Positions 22,218 through 33,805 of a stretch of DNA of 64,000 nucleotides are shown here, piece after piece. Source of the DNA: an uncultured Solirubrobacterales bacterium (GTDB taxonomy: Bacteria; Actinomycetota; Thermoleophilia; Solirubrobacterales; Solirubrobacteraceae); NCBI GenBank assembly GCA_963779405.1, contig CAVZYF010000005.1, positions 482,721-546,720 on the forward strand, written 5' to 3'. Positions within the stretch are counted from its first letter, which is position 1; each line of letters starts with the position of its first letter. Position numbers and translations under genes: made by a program. The notes below the pieces were generated by a model that was given only the letters and a program-made list of their open reading frames with translations, had not been told where the DNA came from and made no database searches.

Positions 22218-23601
22218 ATGAGCGAGCCTAACGATCCGCACGAGCGCGCCGTCGACTGGCGCAACTGGGCCGGCGACGAGCGCTGCCGTCCCGCGGTCGT
22301 CGAGATCCCCGGCTCGATCGAGGAGATATCAGAGGCGATAACCCGCGCCGCCGCGCACGGTCGCCGCGTGCGCGTGGCCGGTGCCGGGCACTCATTCAGC
22401 GACATCGCCCTCACCGACGGCTCTCAGTTGCGCCTGGAGCGGCTCGCCGGCGTGCTCGACGTCGACCGCTCCTCTGGGCTGGTGCGCGTGCAGGCGGGAA
22501 TCACGATCCGCGAGCTCAGTCGCCAGCTCGCCGAGCACGGGCTGGCGCATGGAGAACCTCGGCGACATCGACGTCCAGAGCATCGCCGGAGCGATCTCCA
22601 CGGCGACGCACGGGACCGGCGCTCGCCTGCGCAACATCTCCGCGCAGGTGGCTGAGCTCACGCTCGTGCTCGCCGACGGCTCGACCCTGCGCTGCGCTGA
22701 GGAGGTCGACTCCGAGATCTTCCGCGCCGCGCGCGTCGGCCTCGGCGCGCTCGGCGTGATCGCCGAGGTCATCCTCCGTTGCGTGCCCGCCTTCACCCTG
22801 CGCGGCGTCGACGCTCCCGCACCACTCGACGACACGCTCGCGCGCTTCGAGGAACTGGCGCTCGGCAACGACCACTTCGAGTTCTTCGTCTTCCCGCACG
22901 CCGACACCGCGCTCACGCGCACCAACAACCGCACCGATCAGCCCCCGCGCCCGCGCGGCCGGGTCAGCGCTTACGCCAACGACGTGCTGCTCACCAACCA
23001 CGCCTTCGAGCTGCTCTGCCGCGCCGGGCGTCGCTTCCCGCGGCGCATCCCGCAGCTCAACCGCCTCGTCACCCGTCTCGCCGGTGCGAGGACGCGGGTC
23101 GATCGCTCCGATCGAATCTTCGCCAGTCCGCGGTTAGTGCGCTTCACCGAGATGGAGTACGCGCTCCCGCGCGAGCGCACACCCGAGGCGGTCAATCGCA
23201 TCATGGCGCTCGTGGCTGGCGATGGATCGGGGGCGGGCGGCCATGGCTTCGCGGTGCCGTTCCCGATCGAGGTGCGGACGGTCGCGCCCGACGACGCGCT
23301 GCTCAGCACCGCGGCCGGTCGCGACAGCGGCTTCGTCGCGGTCCACATGTATCGCGGAATGGCCTGGGAGCCATACTTCCGTGCTGTCGAGGCGATCATG
23401 GACGAGCTCGGCGGGCGTCCTCACTGGGGCAAGCGCCACTTCCAGACCGCCGCCACGCTACGCCCGCGCTATCCCGACTGGGACCGCTTCCAGGCCGTCC
23501 GCGCCCGGCTCGACCCCGAGGGACGCTTTGCCAACGCTTGGACCGACCGAGTCCTGGGACCCGTCCACTCTGTTCGACCTACCGCCTCTGCCAATGACTG
23601 A
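22218..23601 (+). CDS. FAD-linked aldonolactone oxidase (ALO/GULO family; frameshift ~22545)
   Basis: WRNWAG, GAGHSF, NLGDID.QSIAGAISTATHGTG, EMEYALP, FPIEVR, GRPHWGK. Confidence 0.92.
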
Positions 23602-24868
23602 CGCGACACACGGCCACGCGACACACGAGCACGCGGCATACGAACGCCTGGAGCATGCGAGCGCCGAGCTGGAGGCGCCGTTCGCGGTGGTCGATCTCGA
23701 CGCACTGTGGGCCAACGCCGAGGATCTGGTACGCCGTGCTGTCCCCAAGCCGATTCGCTTAGCGAGCAAGTCAGTTCGCTGCCGCGCTCTACAGGAACGC
23801 GTGCTCGCCCGCCCAGGATTCGCCGGCACGCTCGCCTTCACGCTCCCGGAGGCGCTGTGGCTTGCCTCTCACGGCGCCGAGGACTTGGTTGTGGCCTATC
23901 CGACCGCCGACCGGCAGGCGCTCCGAGCGCTCGCAGCGCTCACCGCTGAACGAGGAGCGCCGCGCGTAACGGTGATGGTCGACAGCGTTGAGCAGCTCGA
24001 CTTGATCGACTGTGTGCTCGCACGCACGCACGGCAACCGCGATGGCGCTGTGCTGCGTGTGTGCATCGATCTCGATGCCGGTTGGTGGACCCTCGGCGGC
24101 CGCGTGCGCGTCGGCGCCAAGCGCTCGCCCGCCCACACTCCCGAGCAGGCCGCCGCGCTCGCGCGCGCGGTCCTCGCCCGCGACGGCTTAGCGCTGGTGG
24201 GGATTATGTCCTACGAGGCACAGATCGCTGGCCTGGGCGACACGCCGCACGGGCGAGGAATCGGTCCCCCGCTGCGTGCCCGCGCGATCCGCGCGATGCA
24301 GACGCTCTCCGCACGCGAGCTGGCCGTGCGCCGCGCCGCCACGGTGGTCGAGGTGGAACAGACGATCGGGCGGGCGTCGTCGGCTTCGCTGGAGTTCGTC
24401 AACGGCGGTGGGACCGGCAGCCTCGAGTCGACGGCCGCGGAGGGGGTGGTCACCGAGGTGACGGCCGGCTCGGGTCTGTATGGACCAACCCTGTTCGACG
24501 CCTATCGCGCGTTTACGCCCCGTCCCGCCGCGCTGTTCGCGCTGCCCGTCGTGCGCCGTCCCGGGCCCGGCGTGGTCACGGCGCTGGGCGGCGGCTACCT
24601 CGCCTCCGGCCCCGCCGATCGGGCCCGCCTGCCGCGACCGCACCTGCCGGCGGGGCTGCGCTTGGATTCCCAGGAGGGCGCCGGCGAGGTGCAGACGCCG
24701 CTGCTCGGCGCTGCCGCTGACACACTCGCGCTGGGCGACCGCGTCTATCTACGCCACGCCAAGGCCGGCGAGCTGTGCGAGCGCTTCGCCAGCCTGTACC
24801 TGCTCGAAGGCGAGCGGATCGTCGACGAGGTGCCGACCTACCGTGGCGAGGGACAATGCTTTCTGTGA
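23594..24868 (+). CDS. PLP-dependent fold-type III amino acid deaminase/aldolase (DSD1-like)
   Basis: IRLASKSVR, GIMSYEAQIAG, VNGGGTGS, EVTAGSG, EGAGEVQTP, RHAKAGELCERF; overlaps upstream stop. Confidence 0.88.
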   Translation: MTDATHGHATHEHAAYERLEHASAELEAPFAVVDLDALWANAEDLVRRAVPKPIRLASKSVRCRALQERVLARPGFAGTLAFTLPEALWLASHGAEDLVVAYPTADRQALRALAALTAERGAPRVTVMVDSVEQLDLIDCVLARTHGNRDGAVLRVCIDLDAGWWTLGGRVRVGAKRSPAHTPEQAAALARAVLARDGLALVGIMSYEAQIAGLGDTPHGRGIGPPLRARAIRAMQTLSARELAVRRAATVVEVEQTIGRASSASLEFVNGGGTGSLESTAAEGVVTEVTAGSGLYGPTLFDAYRAFTPRPAALFALPVVRRPGPGVVTALGGGYLASGPADRARLPRPHLPAGLRLDSQEGAGEVQTPLLGAAADTLALGDRVYLRHAKAGELCERFASLYLLEGERIVDEVPTYRGEGQCFL

Positions 24869-24902
24869 ACCCAAATAGCATATGCGCTGGAGCTACCCTT
24901 CG

Positions 24903-26126
24903 ATGCTTTCCGTGAGCCCCGCCGCAGATACGCTCGAGACAACCCTGCGCGAGGTCGTGGAGACGCTCGCCGTGATCGACCGGCCGCCCTGCTCACCGGG
25001 CGAGCGAGCGGCCGCGGAGTGGCTGGCGCAGCGACTGCGCGCGGTTACCGGAGTCGAGGTGGCGCTCGAGGATGAGCCCTCGTGGGGGATCTTTGCCCCG
25101 ACCGTCACCGGGCTCGGTGTGCTCGGCATGGTTGCCGCGGCGCTGACCTTGCGCGGCCGGCGAGTGCTCGGCGCGCTGCTCGCCACGAGCACTCTCGCCG
25201 GCATCGTCGACGAGGCCCAGAACGGGCCGCGGCTCCTGCGGCGTTTGGTGCGCCGCCGGCGCATTACGGTCAACCTGATCGCGCGGGCCGGTGACCGGGA
25301 CGGGGCCGGCACGCTTGTCGTGCTCGCCCACCACGACGCTCCGCAAACGGGGATGTTGTTCGACCAGACCCTGCAGCGGCGTCTCTACGAGCGCGCCCCG
25401 CAGGTGATCGAACGCTTCAAAACATCGACGCCGCAGTGGTGGCTGGGCCTCGCCGGGCCGCTTGCCACGCTGCTCGCGGCGCTCCGCGGCCGTCGCGCCC
25501 CCGCGCGCGCCGGGCTGCTGCTCGGCGCTGTGGGCACCGCGCTGGTCGCCGACGTGTGGCGCAGCCCGACGGTGCCTGGCGCGAACGACAACCTCTCCGG
25601 CGTCGCCGCGCTCGTCGCCCTCGCCGAGCTGCTGCGCGAGCGACCCTTGCCGGGCCTGCGCGTGCTGCTGGTCTCCTGTGGGGCAGAGGAGACTCTCCAG
25701 GATGGCGTGCGCGCGTTCGTCGCCCGTCACCGTCACGAGCTCGATCCAGGGAGCACGTGGTTTGCGAACCTCGACACGGTCGGCTCGCCCCATCTGGTGT
25801 CGCTGGAGGCGGAGGGTCCGGTGTGGATGGAGAGCTACGCGGGCCCCTGGCTGCGCGAGCGGCTTGCCATGTGCGCCGAGCGGATCGACGTCGAGTGCCA
25901 GCGGGGCTTCCGCGCCCGCGCTTCGACCGACAGCGTGATCCCCAGCCGCGCCGGCTATCCGATTGTCACGCTCGTCTCGATGACCGATTGGCGCAGCCTG
26001 GCCAACTACCATCTGCCCAGCGACGTACCCGCGAACCTCGACTTCGGTACGGTCGCCGACGCGACCCGCTTGGTCTACGAGCTGGCACGATCACTCGCTA
26101 CCGACGCCGCGGCTCAGAGCACCTGA
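24903..26126 (+). CDS. Membrane-inserted M28 family metallopeptidase-like protein
   Basis: VLAHHDA, PGANDNLSG, GAEE, NLDTVG, TDS, NYH..SD. Confidence 0.85.
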   Translation: MLSVSPAADTLETTLREVVETLAVIDRPPCSPGERAAAEWLAQRLRAVTGVEVALEDEPSWGIFAPTVTGLGVLGMVAAALTLRGRRVLGALLATSTLAGIVDEAQNGPRLLRRLVRRRRITVNLIARAGDRDGAGTLVVLAHHDAPQTGMLFDQTLQRRLYERAPQVIERFKTSTPQWWLGLAGPLATLLAALRGRRAPARAGLLLGAVGTALVADVWRSPTVPGANDNLSGVAALVALAELLRERPLPGLRVLLVSCGAEETLQDGVRAFVARHRHELDPGSTWFANLDTVGSPHLVSLEAEGPVWMESYAGPWLRERLAMCAERIDVECQRGFRARASTDSVIPSRAGYPIVTLVSMTDWRSLANYHLPSDVPANLDFGTVADATRLVYELARSLATDAAAQST

Positions 26127-26563
26127 GCCAACCTCCTGCCCGCCGTAACGAGCGCCCGTCGGCGGCCAGCCTCAATGATGACCTGCAGGTCGAGGATACG
26201 TGCGTCGAATCGGTCGAGCGCATTGGAGCCGGTCACCGCGTAGGCCGGCACGCCCGCCTGGCGAGCCCGCGTGGCGATCTCAAACGCCACGCTTCCCCTC
26301 AGCGTGCGCTCCTGGAGATGGGGCTCTCCCAAAATGACCGCGCGTGCTCGCCGCATACGCACGTCGAAGTCGAGCCCCTGGAGCAGCGCTCCCACATCCG
26401 ATAGATGTCCCCGATCGACGGCGATCGGACACAGATCGGGCTGCGGCGCGCCGCCCTCGCACAAGCCCTGCGCGATGGCCAGCGCGACACGTTCGGCGCT
26501 CAACGCATCGCCAAACGGCCCAGACGCGATCAGCGCGGCTTGCGGGATCACCACGTCGGGCAT
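26114..26563 (-). CDS. Short single-domain glycerate-kinase-like protein
   Basis: N-part like GlxK start (LIASGPFGDALSAERVALAIAQGL) joined to GlxK-like C-part (RAVILGEPHLQERTLRGSVAFEIA...GVPAYAVTG). Confidence 0.6.
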   Translation of the reverse strand: MPDVVIPQAALIASGPFGDALSAERVALAIAQGLCEGGAPQPDLCPIAVDRGHLSDVGALLQGLDFDVRMRRARAVILGEPHLQERTLRGSVAFEIATRARQAGVPAYAVTGSNALDRFDARILDLQVIIEAGRRRALVTAGRRLAQVL

Positions 26564-26636
26564 CCTTACAGGAGATGTCAGAGGGCGACACGATCCACGC
26601 TCGCCAGCTTTGAGTCGATCGGGCATCCTTTGAGCC

Positions 26637-27719
26637 ATGTCGGCTGACAAGGAGTACGTCGTTCTCGATGTAGACGGGCGCGAGCTGCGCGTGTCCAACG
26701 CTGATCGCGTGATCTTCCGCCGACCGAGCGCTCCCGCGCCGTCACCAAGCTCGACCTAGTCAACTACTACCTCGCTGTCGCGGACGGCATCATGCGGGCA
26801 CTGGATGCGGCGGCCGACGACGCTCGAGCGCTGGCCAAAGGGGGTGCACCCGGGGATCGTGCCCTCGACACGCGAGAAAGGCGGCGGCGACGCGTTCTTT
26901 CAGAAGCGCATCCCGCGTGGGGCACCCGAGTACGTGCAGACCGCGACGATCGAGTTTCCGTCGGGCCGTACCGCCGACGAGGTCTGCCCGACGGAGATGG
27001 CGGTCGTCGGCTGGGCCGCGCAGATGGGCACGATCACCTTTCACCCGTGGCCGGTCCGCCGCGAGGACCTCAACCATCCCGACGAGCTGCGCATCGACCT
27101 CGACCCACAGCAGGGCACCGATTTCGCTGACGCGGTCCGCGTTGCCGCGGAGGCGCGCGTGCTGCTTGAGGAGATGGGGTATGTCGGGTTCCCCAAGACC
27201 TCCGGCGGTCGGGGGGTCCACATCTACGTCCGCATGGAGCCGCGCTGGACGTTCACCGACATGCGCCACGCCGCGATCGCTTTTGGTCGTGAGCTCGAGC
27301 GACGCCTGCCGGGCCAGGTGACGACCAACTGGTGGAAGGAGGAGCGCGGCGAGCGGATCTTCGTCGACTACAACCAGAACGCACGTGACCGCACGATCGC
27401 TTCTGCTTACAGCGTGCGGCCGAAGCCTGGTGCGCCAGTTTCCGCGCCCCTGGCCTGGGAGTGAGCTCGAGCAGGCGGTAGCCCGAGGACTTCACGGTGG
27501 CGAGCATGCCCGCCAGGTTCGCCGAGATGGGCGATCGCCACGCTGCTATCGACGACATCGCCCACTCACTCGAGCCACTGCTCGAGATGTATGAGCGCGA
27601 CCTCGCTGAGGGCCGGGGGGACATGCCCTACCCGCCAGACTATCCGAAGATGCCCGGAGAGCCCATGCGCGTCCAGCCAAGCCGCGCGAAGCGCGACGAT
27701 GAGCGCGGAGGACGAGTGA
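26637..27719 (+). CDS. Prim-PolC / LigD-polymerase-domain protein (frameshifts)
   Basis: LRVSNADRV, TKLDL..YY, FFQKR, ELRIDLDP, KTSGGRGVH, FVDYNQN.RDRT, YPPDYPKMPGEP.RVQPS. Confidence 0.9.
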
Positions 27720-28673
27720 GCCCCGTATGCTCCTCCGGTCAAGCCCCAGCTGGCCCTCTCGCGCAATGCGCTGCCTGTCGGCGAGGACCTTTCCTACGAG
27801 ATCAAGCTCGACGGCTTCCGTTGCCTGGCCTTCGTCGACGGTGAGGAGGTGTTCCTGCAGTCGCGCTCGGCCAAGCCACTCGGTCGCTACTTCCCCGAGC
27901 TCACGTTCCCCGTCGGCCGCTACGTGCTCGACGGCGAGATCGTCGTCCGCGGGCAGGACGGCCACGAGGACTTCGACGCGCTCGGCCAGCGCATCCACCC
28001 GGCCATCTCCCGCATCGAGCGCCTGTCCGTCGAGACGCCTGCCGTCTATGTGGTCTTCGACCTGCTTGCCCGAGAGGACAAGTCGCTGCTGGAGCGGCCC
28101 CTGTCCGAGCGACGTGCCGCGCTCGAGGAGATGCTCGGGGACGGAATGTTCGCCGGTGCGCCGATCGAGCTGATGGAGACGGTCACGACCGAGCAAGAGG
28201 CCCAGCGTTGGCTCGAGCACGCCGAGGGGGCGATCGCCAAGGAGCTCTCTGCCCCCTATCGCCCGGGTGAGCGCAAGGGCACGTTCAAGGTCAAGCGCGT
28301 GCGCACGATCGATGTCGTGCTCGTCGGCTGGCGTCCCGGCAAGGAGGCCGACACTGTCGGCGCGCTGATCCTCGGTCTATACGACGGTACAGAGCTGCGC
28401 GTCGTCGGACACTGCTCCGGTTTGTCTGCCCCCGAGAAGCGGCGGTTGGTCGGCTTTTTCGCCCCGTATGAGTCGGGAGAGCGAGGCTCGGCCGACCCCA
28501 GCCGCTGGAGCTCGGGCAAGGACCTCGAGTGGGTCGGTCTGCGCCCCGAGCTGGTTATCGAGATCGACTTCGACCACGTCTCCGCAGGGCGCATCCGTCA
28601 TGGAGCCAAGCTGCGTCGCTGGCGCGATGACAAGCCGCCCACCGAGTGCACGTTTGACCAACTCGCCACCTGA
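27716..28673 (+). CDS. ligC: ATP-dependent DNA ligase LigC-type (indel near start)
   Basis: PVKPQLA, YEIKLDGFR (adenylated Lys), LDGEIV, VFDLL, EGAIAK, YRPGER, LRPELVIE. Confidence 0.88.
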
Positions 28674-28694
28674 GTGTCGTCTAGCATCACGGGC

Positions 28695-29417
28695 ATGAGC
28701 GACGAGGGCACCACCACGGCGACCGTCGCCGAGGAGGAGTATCTGCAGATCCTCTTCTGGTTGCAGGAGGCCGGTCTGCCGATGACCGGCGCGAACGTCG
28801 CGCGCGCGATGCAACTCTCGCCGCCCACCGTGCACGAGATGATCGGCCGCCTGGAGCGCGACGGCTACGTCACCCGCGGCAGCGACCGTGCGATCGCCTT
28901 CACCGACTCAGGCGCTGAGCACGCCGAGGGCATCGTCCGCCGCCACCGCTTGATCGAGCGCTTTCTCACCGACGTTCTCGGTGTGCCCTGGGACGAGGTC
29001 CACGAGGAGGCCGAGCGCTTGGAGCACGCGATGTCCCCGGTGCTCGAGGAACGCATGCTCGCGGCGATCGGCGACGCCAAGACTTGCCCCCACGGCCACC
29101 CGATCGTTGCCGGTGCGCGTCTCTCGGGCGTACCGCTGGCCGATGTCGCCGTCGGCGCCTCAGTTCGTGTCCTGCGTTTCGAGAACGAGGCCGAGGATCT
29201 GCTGCACTACCTCAAGGCCTCTGGCCTGGAGCCCGGCCTGGAGGGGACGCTGGCCGTTCACGACGACGAGCAGGTGATGTTGGAGACCGCTGATGGCCAC
29301 ACCTGCACGATCACCCCGAGCGTCGCCGAGACCGTCTCGGTGATCGCCGACCCCTCGCCCCCCGCGCGCACGGCGCTGCCAGAGCAGCTCGTGCTAGGGC
29401 AGAGGTACGGGCGCTAG
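28695..29417 (+). CDS. DtxR/MntR-family metal-dependent repressor with FeoA-like domain
   Basis: EEYLQIL, RRHRLIERFL, EAERLEH, CPHGHPI; TAGCAT 7 nt upstream of ATG (leaderless). Confidence 0.92.
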   Translation: MSDEGTTTATVAEEEYLQILFWLQEAGLPMTGANVARAMQLSPPTVHEMIGRLERDGYVTRGSDRAIAFTDSGAEHAEGIVRRHRLIERFLTDVLGVPWDEVHEEAERLEHAMSPVLEERMLAAIGDAKTCPHGHPIVAGARLSGVPLADVAVGASVRVLRFENEAEDLLHYLKASGLEPGLEGTLAVHDDEQVMLETADGHTCTITPSVAETVSVIADPSPPARTALPEQLVLGQRYGR

Positions 29418-30499
29418 AGCGAGCGGTACGCCTGGGCGAGGCGCGCTACGCCCTCGTCGATCTGCTCCTCCGTGACCCCGGAGTAGGCCAATCGCAGCGT
29501 GTTCTCGCCGCCCTCCAGCAGGAAGTCGGTCCCCTTCACAAACGACACCCCATACTCACCGGCGAGCTTGTGCAGAGCATGTACATCGGTGCCCGCGGGT
29601 AGCGTCACCCACATGAAGTAGCCGCCTTCGGGTGCCACGAACTCGGCCTCCGGCAACTCGCGCCGCAGTGCCAGATCCAGCGTCAGCGCGCGCTTTGCCA
29701 GTGCGGTCCTGACCGTCTCGATCGAGCTGTCGATCGCACCCGAGGCGCAGAACTCGTAGACGATCGACTGTGCCACCATGCTCGGCGAGATGTAGGTGTT
29801 CGTCGCAAGTTTCGCGACAGCCGCGATCAGATCTGCCGGCCCGACCAGGTATCCGACGCGGATGCCCGGGCACACGGTCTTCGAGAAGGACGAGGCGTAT
29901 ACCACGTGCTTGGGGTCCATCGACAGCATGCTCGGCAGTGTCTCGCCGCTGAAGCGCAGGTCTACGTATGGGTCGTCCTCAAACACCCAGAAGTTGTGCT
30001 CGGCGGCAAGCGCGAGCAGTGCCTGGCGCTTGGCCGGCGAGAGCGTGTAGCCGGCGGGGTTCTGGAAATTGGGGATGATGTGCGCGAGCTGGGGCTGTAC
30101 CGTCTGTGCGCCGCTCAATAGACTGGCGAGCGCATCTGTGTCGATCCCGTCGTGCTCGAGCTCGACCGCATGCACACGTGCACCGCGCTCGCGCAGCGAA
30201 AGCAGCGTGCGATCGTACGTCGGGCGCTCCACGATCACGTCGTCGCCGGGTCCCACGAGCTGTTCGAATAAAAACGCGTCAGCCTGCATCGAGCCGTTGG
30301 TAACGAGCACGCGCTCCGGCTCCACCTGGTGGCGATCCGCGATCCACGCTCGCAACCGCGGGTAGCCGACCGAGGTGCCGTAGGCAGTGGTGCCCGCCGG
30401 GTCGCTCGCGAACGCGCGGACCGCCGCGTCGCTCAGACCGTCCACGTCGACGATGTCGAGCGACGGTGCTCCGCGCGCGAATGAGATCGTTGGGCCCAC
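29414..30499 (-). CDS. PLP-dependent class I/II aminotransferase (LysN/ARO8-like)
   Basis: ISFARGAP, VTNGSMQA, PNFQNPAG, EDDPY, SFSKTVCPG.RVG. Confidence 0.9.
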   Translation of the reverse strand: MGPTISFARGAPSLDIVDVDGLSDAAVRAFASDPAGTTAYGTSVGYPRLRAWIADRHQVEPERVLVTNGSMQADAFLFEQLVGPGDDVIVERPTYDRTLLSLRERGARVHAVELEHDGIDTDALASLLSGAQTVQPQLAHIIPNFQNPAGYTLSPAKRQALLALAAEHNFWVFEDDPYVDLRFSGETLPSMLSMDPKHVVYASSFSKTVCPGIRVGYLVGPADLIAAVAKLATNTYISPSMVAQSIVYEFCASGAIDSSIETVRTALAKRALTLDLALRRELPEAEFVAPEGGYFMWVTLPAGTDVHALHKLAGEYGVSFVKGTDFLLEGGENTLRLAYSGVTEEQIDEGVARLAQAYRSL

Positions 30500-30958
30500 G
30501 GGTTTGCTTGCCAAGGCGGCGTAGTCTAGGCGCCCGAGCAGTTCGTCATATTCCTGGGTCAGCTCCTTCGCGCTCCGCTCCAGCCGATCGCGGAAGCGCA
30601 GCAGCTGATCGGCGCTCGGCGTCTTTGCCTGGGGAGGGCGAGGAGACCTCGGTGGTTGCTCGGGTTGTGGTGGTTGTGCGGGTTGTGGGACTCGCGGGGA
30701 CTGCTGGGCGTGTGGACGTGGCGCCCGATCGACGCGCGCGACCGGCTCAACCGCTTCATCGACCAGTCGTCCAAGCGGAGATCGGTCAGCGGGGGAGGGA
30801 GGGGGGCCGGGGGGACTGCGATCGGCAGGACTGTGCTCGGCGCTGACAGGGACGTCTCCGCCGATCCGATCGCCGCGATCGATCGAGGTCAGGGTGCGCT
30901 CCAGCTCCTGCAGCTTTCGCTCCAGCTCGCCTAGCGTCTTCGAGACCTCCTGATCCAC
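30500..30958 (-). CDS. Coiled-coil / Pro-Gln-rich segment in frame with the aminotransferase (fusion, or separate gene that lost its stop)
   Basis: Two heptad-like helices flanking a PQ-rich linker in ORF 29414..30958. Confidence 0.5.
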
Positions 30959-30962
30959 TGCC

Positions 30963-31839
<877 letters not shown>

Positions 31840-31840
<1 letters not shown>

Positions 31841-32989
31841 CAGCTCTGCCCTCCGCGAGCGCGACGACCTTCTCGGCCGCCTCGTTCATCGTCCTGGCCG
31901 CGTGCACGTTCGGCAGGGCGGCCTCCTGCAGTAGCTCGCGGCCGGCCACGTCGTTCGTGCCGTCCAGCCTGACGACGAACGGGACTGACGGTTTGATGTC
32001 GTCGAACGCCGCGATCAACCCTTTCGCGACCTCGTCGCAGCGGGTGATCCCCCCGAAGATGTTGAACAGCACCGCCTTGACCGCGTCGTTGGCGAGGATC
32101 AGCTCGACCGCCTGCTTGATCTTCGCGGCGTCCGAGCCGCCGCCCGCGTCGAGGAAGTTCGCCGGCTTGCCGCCCGCCTGTGCGACGACGTCGAGCGTCG
32201 ACATCACCAGCCCGGCGCCGTTGCCGAGGATGCCGATGTCGCCGTCGAGCTTCACGTACTGCACGCCCTGTTCCTTCGCGCGGCGCTCGATCGGGTCTTC
32301 GTTCTCCTTGTCGGCCAGCTCCTGGTTCTCGGGGTGGCGGTACAGCGCGTTGTCGTCGAGCGAGACCTTCGAGTCCAGCGCCTTGACCTCCCGCTCGGGC
32401 GTCACGATCAGCGGGTTGATCTCCGCCAGCGACGCGTCCTCCTGGAGCCACACCTCGTACAGCGCCACGAGCGCGTCGGCTACGCCCTCGATCACATCGG
32501 CGTCGGCCTTGCCGTCGGTGGCGATCTGCACGGCCTCCTCGCGGGAGAGGCCATCGAGCGCGTCGACGTGGTGGCGGATCAGCTTCTCTGGAGTGTTCTC
32601 AGCGACCTCTTCGATGTCCACGCCGCCCTCGACGCTGAACATCACCAGCGGCTGCTTGGCCGAGCGGTCAAGCAGCACCGAGGCGTAGTACTCGGTGGCG
32701 ATGTCTGACGCGTGCTCGATCCACAGCGTGCGCACCGTGTGCCCGTGGATGTCCATCCCGAGGATGTTCGTCGCGTGCTCCTAGCGTCTCGGCCTCGATC
32801 TGCGGCGAGCTTCACGCCGCCAGCCTTGCCGCGGCCGCCGATCAGCACCTGGGCCTTCACGACGACCGGATAGCCGACTTCGTTCGCCGCGGCGATTGCA
32901 TCCTCGACGTTCGTGACGGCCTTGCCGTCGGAGACCCGCAGGCCGTGGCGGGCAAACAGCTGCTTGCCTTGGTACTCGAGCAGGTCCAT
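31840..32989 (-). CDS. sucC: Succinyl-CoA synthetase beta subunit (frameshifts)
   Basis: [41 protein letters not shown]. Confidence 0.96.
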
Positions 32990-33106
32990 TGCGGCGCGGG
33001 ACTCTAACGAAAGACCCCATCGACGGTCCTGCCCGTTGGATCGGCTTGCAATCTCCTGGACACGTCAGCGCGTGGCGCGGCTGCGCAGGGCATAATGCCG
33101 AGCCCG

Positions 33107-33787
33107 ATGCCGATTCCCAAGAACGTTACCTTCGTCACCTTCGACGTCTACGGCACGCTGATCGATTGGGAGACCGGGATCTACGAAGCCTTCGCCAAGG
33201 AGGCCGAGCGTGACGGGTTCGAGATCGATCGCGCCGTCCTGCTCCCGCTGTTTCATGAGATCTCCCGTGAGATCGAGGGCGGCTCCTACGAGCTCTACGC
33301 CGAGGTGCTCAGGCGCACGGCGATCGAGGTCGCCAAACGCATGGAGTGGAAGCTCGAGCCCTCGCGCTCGGGTTTCCTGCCCGACTCGGTGCAGCGCTGG
33401 AAGCCCTTCAAGGAGACCAACATCCAGCTAACTAAGCTGGCCAAGAAGTACAAGCTCGGTCTGCTCTCGAACATCGACGACAAGCTGCTCGGCCAGACCC
33501 GCCGCCACATCCCGACCGACTTCGACCTCGTCGTGACCGCTCAGCAGGTGCGCTCCTACAAGCCCGAACTCGCCCACTTCACCGAGTGCGCGAGGCGCAT
33601 GGGTGGCAAGCGTGGCTGGGTGCACGTCGCCGCCAGCCACTACCACGACGTCGCGCCGTGCGTCAAACAGCGGGTGCCCGTGATCTGGGTGAATCGAAAT
33701 AAGGAGACGCTGGACTCCTCCCAGAAAAAACCGACGGCCGAAGTGCACAACCTCAAAGAGGCCGCCAAGCTGCTCGGCATCACCTGA
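33107..33787 (+). CDS. HAD-family hydrolase (haloacid dehalogenase type II-like)
   Basis: TFDVYGTLIDWE, LSNID, SYKP, HVAAS.YHD. Confidence 0.88.
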   Translation: MPIPKNVTFVTFDVYGTLIDWETGIYEAFAKEAERDGFEIDRAVLLPLFHEISREIEGGSYELYAEVLRRTAIEVAKRMEWKLEPSRSGFLPDSVQRWKPFKETNIQLTKLAKKYKLGLLSNIDDKLLGQTRRHIPTDFDLVVTAQQVRSYKPELAHFTECARRMGGKRGWVHVAASHYHDVAPCVKQRVPVIWVNRNKETLDSSQKKPTAEVHNLKEAAKLLGIT

Positions 33788-33805
33788 GGTCGCAGGGCCG
33801 CTGCG

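Noticed and set aside
22212-22220. Divergent ATGs of gpsA and the oxidase only 3 bp apart
   Set aside because: The true gpsA start may be further downstream (low-complexity Ala/Pro/Thr N-terminus), so the spacing is not reliable
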